From the NCBI GenBank assembly GCA_963728205.1, contig CAVSIV010000001.1:288001-352000 (forward strand): DNA of 64,000 nucleotides, read 5' to 3'. Positions 41,509 through 49,635 of this stretch are shown one piece after another; the stretch's first letter is position 1, and every line of letters begins with the position of its first letter. Source of the stretch: an uncultured Chloroflexia bacterium. Lineage in GTDB: Bacteria; Chloroflexota; Dehalococcoidia; UBA2979. The translations under genes were made by a program, and so were the position numbers. Under the pieces are notes generated by a model. It had not been told where the DNA came from. It did no database searches and worked only from the letters and a program-made list of their open reading frames with translations.

Positions 41509-43152
41509 CTACTCGTCGTCCCCGGATTCGTCCTCGTCCTCGATGAAGTCCTCGCCGTGGAGGGCCGCCTCGATCTCCTCTTCGTCGAGATCGAGCTCGA
41601 AGCGGCGACCGCCGCGCGCGGGGCGCACGGGCCGCACCGGCGTGGCCTCGCGGCGCACCGGGCCGCCGCGACGCCGGCTGCGCGGGCCGCCGCCGCGGGC
41701 GCGGCCGGCCTCTTCTTCCTCGTCCTCGGGGCGCAGCTCGCGGATCTCCTCCGCGAAGCGCAGGCCGCCGGGCTGCGGGGCCGTGCGCGGGCGCTCCTCG
41801 CGCGTGGGCGCCGGCGCGACTTCGGCCGCGGGGGCTTCCTCCTCGGCCTCGACGAGCTCCGCGAGCACCTCCATCTCGGGGGTGAGGCGGGTGGCCTCCT
41901 CCTCGCGCTGCAGGCGTTCGCGGCGTGCCGCCGCGGCGGCCTGCTCGCTCGGCAGGCCGGGGCGCGCGTAGGCGGCCTGCGACGGGGCAACCTCCTCGGG
42001 TGGCTCGAGCGTCTGCTGCACGGTGGGCACGCCCGGCTGCACGCGCAGCGGGATCGCCTCGAGGTTCGGCTCGGGCGGCGGGTACATGTCCTCGCCGGCC
42101 TTGATCAGCGCGCTCTCCGGGCGAATGTCGATCCGCCAGCCGGTCAGCTTCGCCGCGAGGCGGGCGTTCTGGCCCTCCTTGCCGATCGCGAGGCTGAACT
42201 GCTTGTCCGGCACCGCCAGGAACGCCGTGTGGTTCTCGTCGTCGAGCCGCACCGAGACGACCTCGGCCGGGCTCAACGCGTTGGCGACGAAGGCCCCCTC
42301 GTTGGGGTCCCAGCGAATGAGGTCGATGCGCTCGCCGCCGAGCTCGTTGACGATGTTCTGGATGCGCGACCCGCGCACGCCCACCGACGCGCCGATTGGG
42401 TCGATGCCGTCCTGCCGCGAGATCACGGCGACCTTCGAGCGGTAGCCGGGCTCGCGGGCGATGCCCATGACCTCGACGGCACCGCGCGAGATCTCGGGGA
42501 CCTCGAGCTCGAAGAGTCGCTTGATCAGCTGCGGGTTGGCGCGCGAGACGACGACCTGCGGGCCCTTGGACGCCTTGTAGACCTCCTTCACGTACACGCG
42601 CAGCCGCTGGCCGACGCGGTAGTGCTCGGGCCGGACCTGCTCGGACGCGGGAAGGACGGCCTCCGTGCGGCCGAGGTCCAGGATCACCTGGCGGCGGCCG
42701 CCCTCGACGCGGAGGACGGTGCCGGAGACCAGCTCGCCCTCCTTGCCGGTGAAGTCCTCGAAGACCGACTCGCGCTCGGCCTCGCGCAGGCGCTGCAGAA
42801 CGACCTGCTTCGCTGTCTGCGCGGCGATGCGCCCGGCGTTCGGGTTCTCGGCGAGCGCCTCGCGGACGACGTCGCCGATCTTCGCGTCGGGCTGCCCCAT
42901 CGCGCGGGCGCGCTCCGGCGAGACCTGGATCTCGTCGTCCTCGATGTCGTCGTCGCTCATGACCTCGTAGAGGCGCCAGGCGTGGATGTCGCCGGTCTCG
43001 CGGTCGATCTTGACGGCGATGTCCGCGTACTGGAGGTCGTCCTTCTTGAAGGCCGACGCCATCGCGGCCTCGACGGCCTCGAACACGGTATCGGCGTTGA
43101 GGTTCTTCTCGGCCGACAGCTGCGCGATCGCGGTGACGAACTCGTTCTTCAT
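41509..43152 (-). CDS. nusA: Transcription termination/antitermination factor NusA with long C-terminal extension
   Basis: [60 protein letters not shown]. Confidence 0.97.
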   Translation of the reverse strand: MKNEFVTAIAQLSAEKNLNADTVFEAVEAAMASAFKKDDLQYADIAVKIDRETGDIHAWRLYEVMSDDDIEDDEIQVSPERARAMGQPDAKIGDVVREALAENPNAGRIAAQTAKQVVLQRLREAERESVFEDFTGKEGELVSGTVLRVEGGRRQVILDLGRTEAVLPASEQVRPEHYRVGQRLRVYVKEVYKASKGPQVVVSRANPQLIKRLFELEVPEISRGAVEVMGIAREPGYRSKVAVISRQDGIDPIGASVGVRGSRIQNIVNELGGERIDLIRWDPNEGAFVANALSPAEVVSVRLDDENHTAFLAVPDKQFSLAIGKEGQNARLAAKLTGWRIDIRPESALIKAGEDMYPPPEPNLEAIPLRVQPGVPTVQQTLEPPEEVAPSQAAYARPGLPSEQAAAAARRERLQREEEATRLTPEMEVLAELVEAEEEAPAAEVAPAPTREERPRTAPQPGGLRFAEEIRELRPEDEEEEAGRARGGGPRSRRRGGPVRREATPVRPVRPARGGRRFELDLDEEEIEAALHGEDFIEDEDESGDDE

Positions 43153-43249
43153 CAGTTCCTGCCAGGCATTCCTCGGGGTCGTCACCACGTCGCCGCGACC
43201 GGATCGCGAGCGTCCGACTGCCGCCCCTGGGTGCGTGGTTGCGTCCAAC

Positions 43250-43276
43250 AAAAAACGTGGGCTGCACGCCCACGTC
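43250..43276 (-). terminator. Leader terminator/attenuator of the nusA operon (rimP-leader-like)
   Basis: Minus strand acgtgggc-gtgca-gcccacgt-tttttg, downstream of an extended -10 TGcTACGAT (43307-43315) and about 100 nt before the nusA ATG. Confidence 0.8.
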
Positions 43277-43485
43277 TCTGGTGAAGGAGGCGGGTGACTG
43301 GTTGCAATCGTAGCACCGCGCATGGAGGACCGACAAGGAGGAGAGGGCGCCGGGCGCGACCCCGCCGCGTGCTGCGACCCGGAAAGGTGACGGTCCGAGG
43401 CCGATCGATCGTCGGCGGTAAGAGCGCGGCAAGAGCCGCTCCGTAGGGTGCGCGCGCAGGGCCGGTGCAGCGGGGGGCGAGCCTG

Positions 43486-43746
43486 ATGCCGTACGAAAGT
43501 CACGTCGAAGTGTGGGAGTTCACCCCGCGGCAGCGGGACATCGTCGGCCGGATGTTGCGCGGCACCGCGCCCAAGCAGATCGCCCAGCGGCTGGGGCTGG
43601 ACGTGCGGACGATCTACTGGCACGTCGAGAACATCTACCGCATGGCGGACGTGCACAGCCTCGGGGAGTTCTTCGCGTGGGCGAACGACCACCGCGAATG
43701 TTGCAGCCTCCAGCTCGTCTGGAGCACCCCCCGCAGGAGTGCCTGA
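43486..43746 (+). CDS. Stand-alone LuxR-type helix-turn-helix protein
   Basis: FTPRQRDIVGRMLRGTAPKQIAQRLGLDVRTIYWHVENIYRMADV fits the LuxR/GerE HTH; no receiver domain. Confidence 0.82.
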   Translation: MPYESHVEVWEFTPRQRDIVGRMLRGTAPKQIAQRLGLDVRTIYWHVENIYRMADVHSLGEFFAWANDHRECCSLQLVWSTPRRSA

Positions 43747-43860
43747 CTGCGTTGCCGGAATTGCGGGCCGCGCCCCGGTGGCGCCCGGGCTCGTGCGCCT
43801 GGCGCTCTCCCTAGCATCACGGCATCCAGTCGAGGGCCGGTGATGCGAGAGGAGAGCGGA

Positions 43861-44124
43861 ATGCTTGCCACGATGTCGCCGACGCTGGAGCTGCCGTTCG
43901 ACGCCGTCGAGCTGCCCCGGAACGCCTCGCTGGTTCCGTGGGAGGCGCCCTGGATCGACCTCAGCGGCCGCGAGGTCGAGGGGGACGAGTTCGCGTTCCT
44001 GGCCGCCTGCGTCGTGTGCGTGGCGATCATCAGCGTGGTCGCGGTGGCGGCCATGGTGACCGGCAGCTCGATGGACGCCGGGGTCAACCTCGGCCCGTTC
44101 GGGCTCGAGATCTCGGTCAACTAG
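43861..44124 (+). CDS. Putative RiPP/bacteriocin-like precursor peptide (87 aa)
   Basis: SD GAGGAG; acidic Pro-rich leader with WEAPWIDLSG; hydrophobic core FAFLAACVVCVAIISVVAVAAMVTG...; directly upstream of the ABC exporter and RRE-protease. Confidence 0.7.
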   Translation: MLATMSPTLELPFDAVELPRNASLVPWEAPWIDLSGREVEGDEFAFLAACVVCVAIISVVAVAAMVTGSSMDAGVNLGPFGLEISVN

Positions 44125-44138
44125 GGCCGAGCGCACCA

Positions 44139-44173
44139 CGTCGTCTCGGCGGTCGTCGACCGTCGAGGCGACG
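44139..44173 (+). promoter_or_regulatory. Stem-loop between the precursor gene and the ABC transporter gene
   Basis: cgtcgtctcggcggtcg-t-cgaccgtcgaggcgacg; about 15-16 bp stem with two G-U pairs, no U tract. Confidence 0.65.
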
Positions 44174-44191
44174 AACGGAACGAGGACGGGC

Positions 44192-44983
44192 ATGACGGGA
44201 GACAGCGAGCACGTGCCGGTGTGCGCGATGGGCGGCGTCTGGTTTGGCTACGGGCGCGTGCCGGTGCTTCGCGGACTCAATCTAACCGTTGCCCCTGGCA
44301 CGGCGGTGGCGCTGATCGGCCCGAACGGGTGTGGGAAGACGACGACCCTCCATGTGCTGTCGGGCCTCCTGAGGGCGTCGCGCGGCACGGTCGCGATCGC
44401 GGGCCGCGGGGTGCCGGGTCGCCCGGAGGAGGTCAACGCACTCCTGGCATACGTCCCGGATACGCCGACGGGGTTCGAGCACCTCGCCGTCTCGGAGTAC
44501 GCACGGCTCGTCGGCGCGGTGCACCGGGCGGACACGGACTACGCCCGGCGCGTTCGCGACCTGGTGCGCATTCTCGCGCTCGAGCCGTACATCTCGCAGC
44601 CACTCGGCACGCTCTCGTACGGCACGCGTCGCAAGGTCGCGCTCGTCGCGGCAGCGGCCCTCGATCGCCCCCTCCTGATGCTGGACGAGGCGACCAACGG
44701 CCTGGACCCGGAATCGGTGAACGTCGTCGAGAAGCTGGTTCGCTCGATCGTCGCACGCGGGCGAGGGGTGCTGGTCGCGACGCAGGACGTCTATTTCGCC
44801 GAGCGGACCTGCGACGAGGTGGCGCTGCTTCGCGACGGTCGAGTGGTGATCAGTGGTCTGGTGTCCGACGTGAAGCGCGAACGGGGCGCGGCAACCCTCC
44901 GCGACGTGTTCCTTGCTGCGACCGGCCTGGATGTCGAGGATGGAGCGCTCGATGCCGCCCTGGCTCGCGCTGACGCGCGCTGA
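44192..44983 (+). CDS. ABC transporter ATP-binding protein (exporter type)
   Basis: Walker A GPNGCGKTT, signature LSYGTRRK, Walker B LMLDEATNGLD; H-loop variant ATQD. Confidence 0.93.
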   Translation: MTGDSEHVPVCAMGGVWFGYGRVPVLRGLNLTVAPGTAVALIGPNGCGKTTTLHVLSGLLRASRGTVAIAGRGVPGRPEEVNALLAYVPDTPTGFEHLAVSEYARLVGAVHRADTDYARRVRDLVRILALEPYISQPLGTLSYGTRRKVALVAAAALDRPLLMLDEATNGLDPESVNVVEKLVRSIVARGRGVLVATQDVYFAERTCDEVALLRDGRVVISGLVSDVKRERGAATLRDVFLAATGLDVEDGALDAALARADAR

Positions 44984-46373
44984 GTTCCTGAGACTGCGAA
45001 CCCTGTCGGCGCTCGCGCGGCGAAATCCGCTCCTCCCGCTTGCCGCCGCCGCGGCGCTGGTCCTGGGAGCGTGGCTCTCGGTTCGAGCCGGGATCGCGAC
45101 GGGCGGCCTCGTCGCGGGGGCGCCTCCGGCGCTGCTCCCGCTCCACACCCTCTTCCTCCTCTCCGCCGGCATGCTCGGTGGTGGGTCCGCCCTCCTGGCC
45201 CCCCGCGCATCTCGACACGATGAGCAGTTGCGGCTGCTGCCCTTGCCGCCGTCGCGCGTCTTCCTCGGCACCACGGCCGTTCCGCTGACGGCTCTCTGGG
45301 TCGGATCGCTCCTGCCCTTCGCGTGCTTCGTCGGGCCGTTCTACTGGCAGATCCCGGTGCCGCATCGGGGCGGCTGGTTTGCAGTGCTCTGCGCCGCGTA
45401 CCTCGCTGCGTGTGTGGTGGGAGCGTCGGTCGCGGAGGCCATCCGCCTGCTCTGGCACGCCCGGGCAAACCCCCGCCAGGCGGCCTTCGCGTGGGTGGCG
45501 TTGCCGATGCCGGCGGCGCTGCTCCTCGTTGCGGTGGTGGGCCGGCGCCCGTGGTGGTCGGGCACGGCCGCGTGGCTCCCCGGCGCGGTCGGGCGACCCT
45601 TCCACGCCGAGAGCGGACTGCTCGCGATCACGGCGATCCTCGCGTCCGGCCTGGTCGCCGGGGTCGTATGGGTCCTGCTCGGCGGGCGGGTGGTGCCAGC
45701 GGCTCGCGCGGAGCGGATCTGGATCACCCTGTCCCCCCGGCATTCCGGGCGATACGTGCTCCTGGGGTGGTGGCTCGTCACGGCGTTCCTGCGCGACACC
45801 CCGCTTTTCCTGAGTGCCATCCTCGCGACATGTGGGGCTGCGGTCCTGGCGTTCGCCAACGTCTTCATGGGGCGCGAAGGTGGACTGCTGGCGCCCCTCG
45901 CCCTGCTGCTCGCGCTTGCCGGCGGCGGGCAGGTTGCCATGACGCTCTCCGAGCGGCTGCAGGCCTCCGGGTGGTTCTGGCGCCTGGCGCCGAGTCCGCG
46001 CGAGGTTCCCGGCCTCTGGTGGTGGGTCGGCGCCTCCGCGCTGGCGATCGCCGTCTCGACTGTGGCTGTTGTGCCGGCGGTCCTGCGCTCGACCGTGCAA
46101 CCCGCGGACGCGGCCGTTCTCCTCGCCGCAAGCAGTTTCGGCGTGTCGGCGCTCGGGCGAGCCACTCCATGGAATAGCCGGTCCCAGTTGCAGCAGGCCG
46201 GGTCGACCGTCCTCTACTTCGGCGGCCTGCTCGGGGTCGGCGGGCTGTTCGACTGGGTCGGCGGGCGCGTGCCGGCACTCATGGCCGCATCTCTCGTCGT
46301 GCTCCTCGTCGCAGCGCTGTCCGCCGGGTTGTGTGCGTATCTGCCGTGGAGGAACTCATGGCGGCAGGCGTAG
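44952..46373 (+). CDS. Polytopic membrane protein, probable ABC exporter permease
   Basis: About 12 hydrophobic segments in two halves; 'LRLLPLPPSRV' and 'WRLAPSP' loops typical of ABC-2-like permeases; overlaps the ATPase gene. Confidence 0.75.
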   Translation: MPPWLALTRAEFLRLRTLSALARRNPLLPLAAAAALVLGAWLSVRAGIATGGLVAGAPPALLPLHTLFLLSAGMLGGGSALLAPRASRHDEQLRLLPLPPSRVFLGTTAVPLTALWVGSLLPFACFVGPFYWQIPVPHRGGWFAVLCAAYLAACVVGASVAEAIRLLWHARANPRQAAFAWVALPMPAALLLVAVVGRRPWWSGTAAWLPGAVGRPFHAESGLLAITAILASGLVAGVVWVLLGGRVVPAARAERIWITLSPRHSGRYVLLGWWLVTAFLRDTPLFLSAILATCGAAVLAFANVFMGREGGLLAPLALLLALAGGGQVAMTLSERLQASGWFWRLAPSPREVPGLWWWVGASALAIAVSTVAVVPAVLRSTVQPADAAVLLAASSFGVSALGRATPWNSRSQLQQAGSTVLYFGGLLGVGGLFDWVGGRVPALMAASLVVLLVAALSAGLCAYLPWRNSWRQA

Positions 46374-47188
46374 AACGAGCCCGGCTCCCGAGCGACGTCA
46401 CAGTCGCGCCGACGGCGATTGTCGATACCGCGCTCGAGCAGATCTATCCGATCTCGCCGTCGGGCCGGGAGGTGCTGACGCTGCTCCTCGAAGGCAGAAC
46501 GTTCTCGGAGGTCGCCGATCGAATCGCCGCGGACCACCGCCTCGCGCCCGAGCGGGCGGAGCGCCACGTTCGCGAGTTCGCGTACCAGCTGAACCACACG
46601 GATCTGCTCAACGTCGACCCTGGAGGCCTGCGTCGGGAGACGTTGCAGGTCGCGCACACGCTAGCGCTGGCCGCACTTGCACGGCGGCTTCCGAGGTTGC
46701 GGCGGCACCGGTATCCGCTCCGCAATCGGTCGTTTCTGCCGCTGCAGGTCGATGTCGCGCGGGGGATCTTGGTTGGTCTCTGGCCCTGCTGGGCGCTGCT
46801 GGCGGCGATCTACTGCGTCGGTCTCCTTGCCTCGCCCGGGCGAATCGCGGCGCTGTCGTTTGTCCCCGCCCTGCTCGTCGCAACCGTCATTCACGAGTCC
46901 GGTCACGCATTTGCCGTGGGACGGCGCGGTGGGGGCGCGTTCTTGAGCATCGTCGGGATGTCGGTGCGCGTGATGCACTCGCCGCGCTACTCGGGCTTCT
47001 TTGTACACGCGGCCGGCAGCGGGTTCGCCGTCGGATGTGGATTGCTCTGCCTGGCGGTTGCGTACTTGTCGGGCGCTGGGGCCTTCGCGATTGCAAGCGG
47101 TCCATTCCTGGTGAATGCCCTGGCACTGACCGTCCTATCGGCCGATGGACGGCAACTCGTTGTGGGCCCGTGGGAGAGGGAGTCCTGA
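46358..47188 (+). CDS. PqqD-like RiPP recognition element fused to an M50/site-2-type intramembrane metalloprotease
   Basis: N-term YPISPSGREVLTLLLEGRTFSEVADRIAADHRLAPERAERHVREFAYQL (PqqD pattern); TM-embedded VIHESGH; AAG; NALALTVLSADG (N..DG third ligand); SD GGAGGA. Confidence 0.75.
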   Translation: MAAGVERARLPSDVTVAPTAIVDTALEQIYPISPSGREVLTLLLEGRTFSEVADRIAADHRLAPERAERHVREFAYQLNHTDLLNVDPGGLRRETLQVAHTLALAALARRLPRLRRHRYPLRNRSFLPLQVDVARGILVGLWPCWALLAAIYCVGLLASPGRIAALSFVPALLVATVIHESGHAFAVGRRGGGAFLSIVGMSVRVMHSPRYSGFFVHAAGSGFAVGCGLLCLAVAYLSGAGAFAIASGPFLVNALALTVLSADGRQLVVGPWERES

Positions 47189-47189
47189 G

Positions 47190-47453
47190 ATGCTCGCGCT
47201 TCGAGCCGGTGCGATTGGCTTCGTCGTGGTTCTGCTCATCGAGGTTGCCTTCAGCGTGGGGCTGATGGTGGTTGCCCAGGCATCGGGGTGGGGTCACATC
47301 CACCTCGCGCTGGGGTCTCTCGACTTCCTGGAGATCACCACGAACACGCCTCGAACGCGCATCGTGATCGGCACCGGCGTCAGCCTGCTCGCCATGGCGG
47401 CGGGCCTGCTGAATGCGGCGGGCGCATACTGGCTGCGCCGTGCCGAGAGGTAA
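47190..47453 (+). CDS. Small two-TM membrane protein (possible immunity/accessory)
   Basis: 87 aa, two hydrophobic helices around a polar loop; ATG 1 nt after the previous stop, GGAG upstream. Confidence 0.65.
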   Translation: MLALRAGAIGFVVVLLIEVAFSVGLMVVAQASGWGHIHLALGSLDFLEITTNTPRTRIVIGTGVSLLAMAAGLLNAAGAYWLRRAER

Positions 47454-47772
47454 GAACAGCCGCCGCAGCGCCCGCGAGCGCTCCAAGGATCCGCCGCCGC
47501 GCCGGCGGCCCGGGCTCGCGACGCGTGTCGTCGTGCAACTCGGACCCGCGATCGTCGGCGTCTACGGCCTCGGCCAGATCCTGGGTAGTGGGTGGCCGGC
47601 CCCGTGGCGTCCACTCGCGGCGACCGCCTGGATCCTCGTTGTCCTGCTCGTGGCGTGGGCGGCACTGTACCGGTGGGGCGGCGAGAAGGAGCGACGCGAC
47701 GTCGCGAGCGCTGCCCAATCCGCGCGCCGCTTCGCCGCGCGGACAGCGGGCCGAAACTCCGGCCGTCGCTAG
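47440..47772 (+). CDS. Small basic two-TM membrane protein (possible immunity/accessory)
   Basis: GTG overlaps the previous gene; two hydrophobic segments with Arg-rich ends; stop overlaps the proS stop (CTAG). Confidence 0.55.
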   Translation: MPRGKNSRRSARERSKDPPPRRRPGLATRVVVQLGPAIVGVYGLGQILGSGWPAPWRPLAATAWILVVLLVAWAALYRWGGEKERRDVASAAQSARRFAARTAGRNSGRR

Positions 47773-49517
47773 TCCGCGCGCCACTCCGCGAGGAGCGCGT
47801 CGCGCAGCGAGCGCACATGGGCGACGACGTCCGCCCGCTGCACCGGCTCCGCCAGCCCGTCCGCGCGGCGCTGCAGCTCGACCACCCCTGCCTTGTGGTT
47901 GCGGGTCGACACCGTCAGTCGCACGGGGACGCCCAGGAGGTCGGCGTCGTTGAACTTCACGCCGGGCGACTCGTCGCGGTCGTCGAAGAGGACGTCGACT
48001 CCCGCCGCGTGCAGCTCGGTGTAGAGCTGCTCGGCGTCCTCCCGGACGGCGGCATCGCGGTCGAGGCCGAGCCCCACGAGGTGCACCTCGTACGGCGCGA
48101 TCGCCGCCGGCCACGCGATCCCCTTGTCGTCGTGGTGCGCCTCCACGGCGGCGGCGACGATGCGGCCGAGCCCGATGCCGTAGCAGCCCATGACCGGCGT
48201 GACCGGCTTGCCGTCAACCCCGTCGACGGTCACCTCCATCGCCGTGGTGTAGGTCGTGCCGAGGCGGAAGACGTGCCCCATCTCGATGCCGCGTTCGACG
48301 CGCAGCGTCCCGCCATCGCAGCGGGGGCAGCCGAAGCCCGGGCGCGCGAGGGCGATGTCGGCGACGGTCGCGGCCGTCCAGTCGCGGCCGTAGTTCACGT
48401 TGCGCAGGTGCTCTCCGATGCGGTTCGCGCCGGCGACGAGGTTCGGCGACTCGGGGAGCGAGATGTCCGCGACGACCTGTACGCCGCTCGGCGCATCGAT
48501 GGGCGAGGCGTAGCCGGCGACGAGGCCGTGCTCGGCCACCTCCGGATCGAGCATGGGCCGCAGCTCGCGTCCCCCGAGGGCATTCATGAGCTTCACCTCG
48601 TTGACGTCGAGGTCGCCCCGCACCACCGCGAACACCGGCAAGTCGGACTCGCCGTGCTTGCCCTTCGCCATGAAGAAGACGGCCTTCGCGGTACGCCGCG
48701 GCTCAACCTCGAGGAAGCGCGCCAGGTCCTCGATGGTCGTCATGCCGGGGGTCTCGACCGGCTCCAGGGGCAGCGGCGCCTCGCGCTCGGCGGGCGGTCG
48801 GACGAACTCCGCCTTCTCGGTGTTGGCCGCGTAGTCGCAGGCGTCGCAGACGACGATCGTGTCCTCGCCGGTGTCCGACACGAAGATGAACTCCTGTGAC
48901 CCCTTCCCGCCGATCGCGCCCGAGTCGGCCTCCACGGGGACGACCGGCACGCCGCAGCGCGCGAAGACGCGCTTGTAGGCGTCGAACATGAGGCGGTACG
49001 AGTCGTCGAGGCCGGCGTCGTCGAGGTCGAAGGAGTACGCGTCCTTCATCGTGAACTCACGCACGCGGATGAGGCCGCCTCGTGGACGCGCCTCGTCGCG
49101 GAACTTCGACTGCACCTGGTAGAGGATGACGGGGACATCGCGGTACGAGGACGTGTGCCGGTCGAAGAGCTGGGTGACGACCTCCTCGTGCGTCGGCCCG
49201 AGTGCGAGCCCGCGCTCGCGCCGGTCGACGAGCTGGAAGAGGACGTCGCCCATCGCCTCCTTGCGGCCGGTCTTCTCCCAGAGCTCGATGGGCTGGATCA
49301 CCGGCATGCGCACCTCGAGGGCGCCGGCGGCGTCCATCTCCTCTCGGATGATGCGCTCGACCTTGCGTTCGACGCGCCAGCCGAGCGGAAGATACGAGTA
49401 CACGCCCGCCATCAGCTGATCGATGAAGCCGCCGCGCAGCAGCAGCGAGTGGCTGGCGGTCTCGGCCTCCCCGGGTGCTTCGCGGAGCGTGCGGCCGAAC
49501 AGGCGCGTCATTCTCAT
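47769..49517 (-). CDS. proS: Proline--tRNA ligase (with INS editing domain)
   Basis: GPTHEE, KFRDEARPRGGLIRVREFTMKDAYSF, GIEMGHVF, MGCYGIG, DDRDESPGVKF. Confidence 0.97.
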   Translation of the reverse strand: MRMTRLFGRTLREAPGEAETASHSLLLRGGFIDQLMAGVYSYLPLGWRVERKVERIIREEMDAAGALEVRMPVIQPIELWEKTGRKEAMGDVLFQLVDRRERGLALGPTHEEVVTQLFDRHTSSYRDVPVILYQVQSKFRDEARPRGGLIRVREFTMKDAYSFDLDDAGLDDSYRLMFDAYKRVFARCGVPVVPVEADSGAIGGKGSQEFIFVSDTGEDTIVVCDACDYAANTEKAEFVRPPAEREAPLPLEPVETPGMTTIEDLARFLEVEPRRTAKAVFFMAKGKHGESDLPVFAVVRGDLDVNEVKLMNALGGRELRPMLDPEVAEHGLVAGYASPIDAPSGVQVVADISLPESPNLVAGANRIGEHLRNVNYGRDWTAATVADIALARPGFGCPRCDGGTLRVERGIEMGHVFRLGTTYTTAMEVTVDGVDGKPVTPVMGCYGIGLGRIVAAAVEAHHDDKGIAWPAAIAPYEVHLVGLGLDRDAAVREDAEQLYTELHAAGVDVLFDDRDESPGVKFNDADLLGVPVRLTVSTRNHKAGVVELQRRADGLAEPVQRADVVAHVRSLRDALLAEWRAD

Positions 49518-49635
49518 GCGCGCGAGTCTAGGGTCGGGGGTATGGGCGGGCAACGCGCGCGGCGCGCGCTGCACCCCGAAGCGCCGCCGCGCTACCCTCG
49601 CGGCCATCCTACCGGGGCACGAGAGGAGAGACGAA

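Noticed and set aside
43861-47188. Calling the cassette a lasso peptide cluster
   Set aside because: No asparagine-synthetase-like cyclase or B2 cysteine protease; the leader lacks Thr(-2) and the predicted core has no Asp/Glu at positions 7-9
43861-47188. Calling the cassette a daptide or epipeptide cluster
   Set aside because: The precursor ends in Asn, not Thr, and no dehydrogenase, aminotransferase, methyltransferase or radical SAM gene is present
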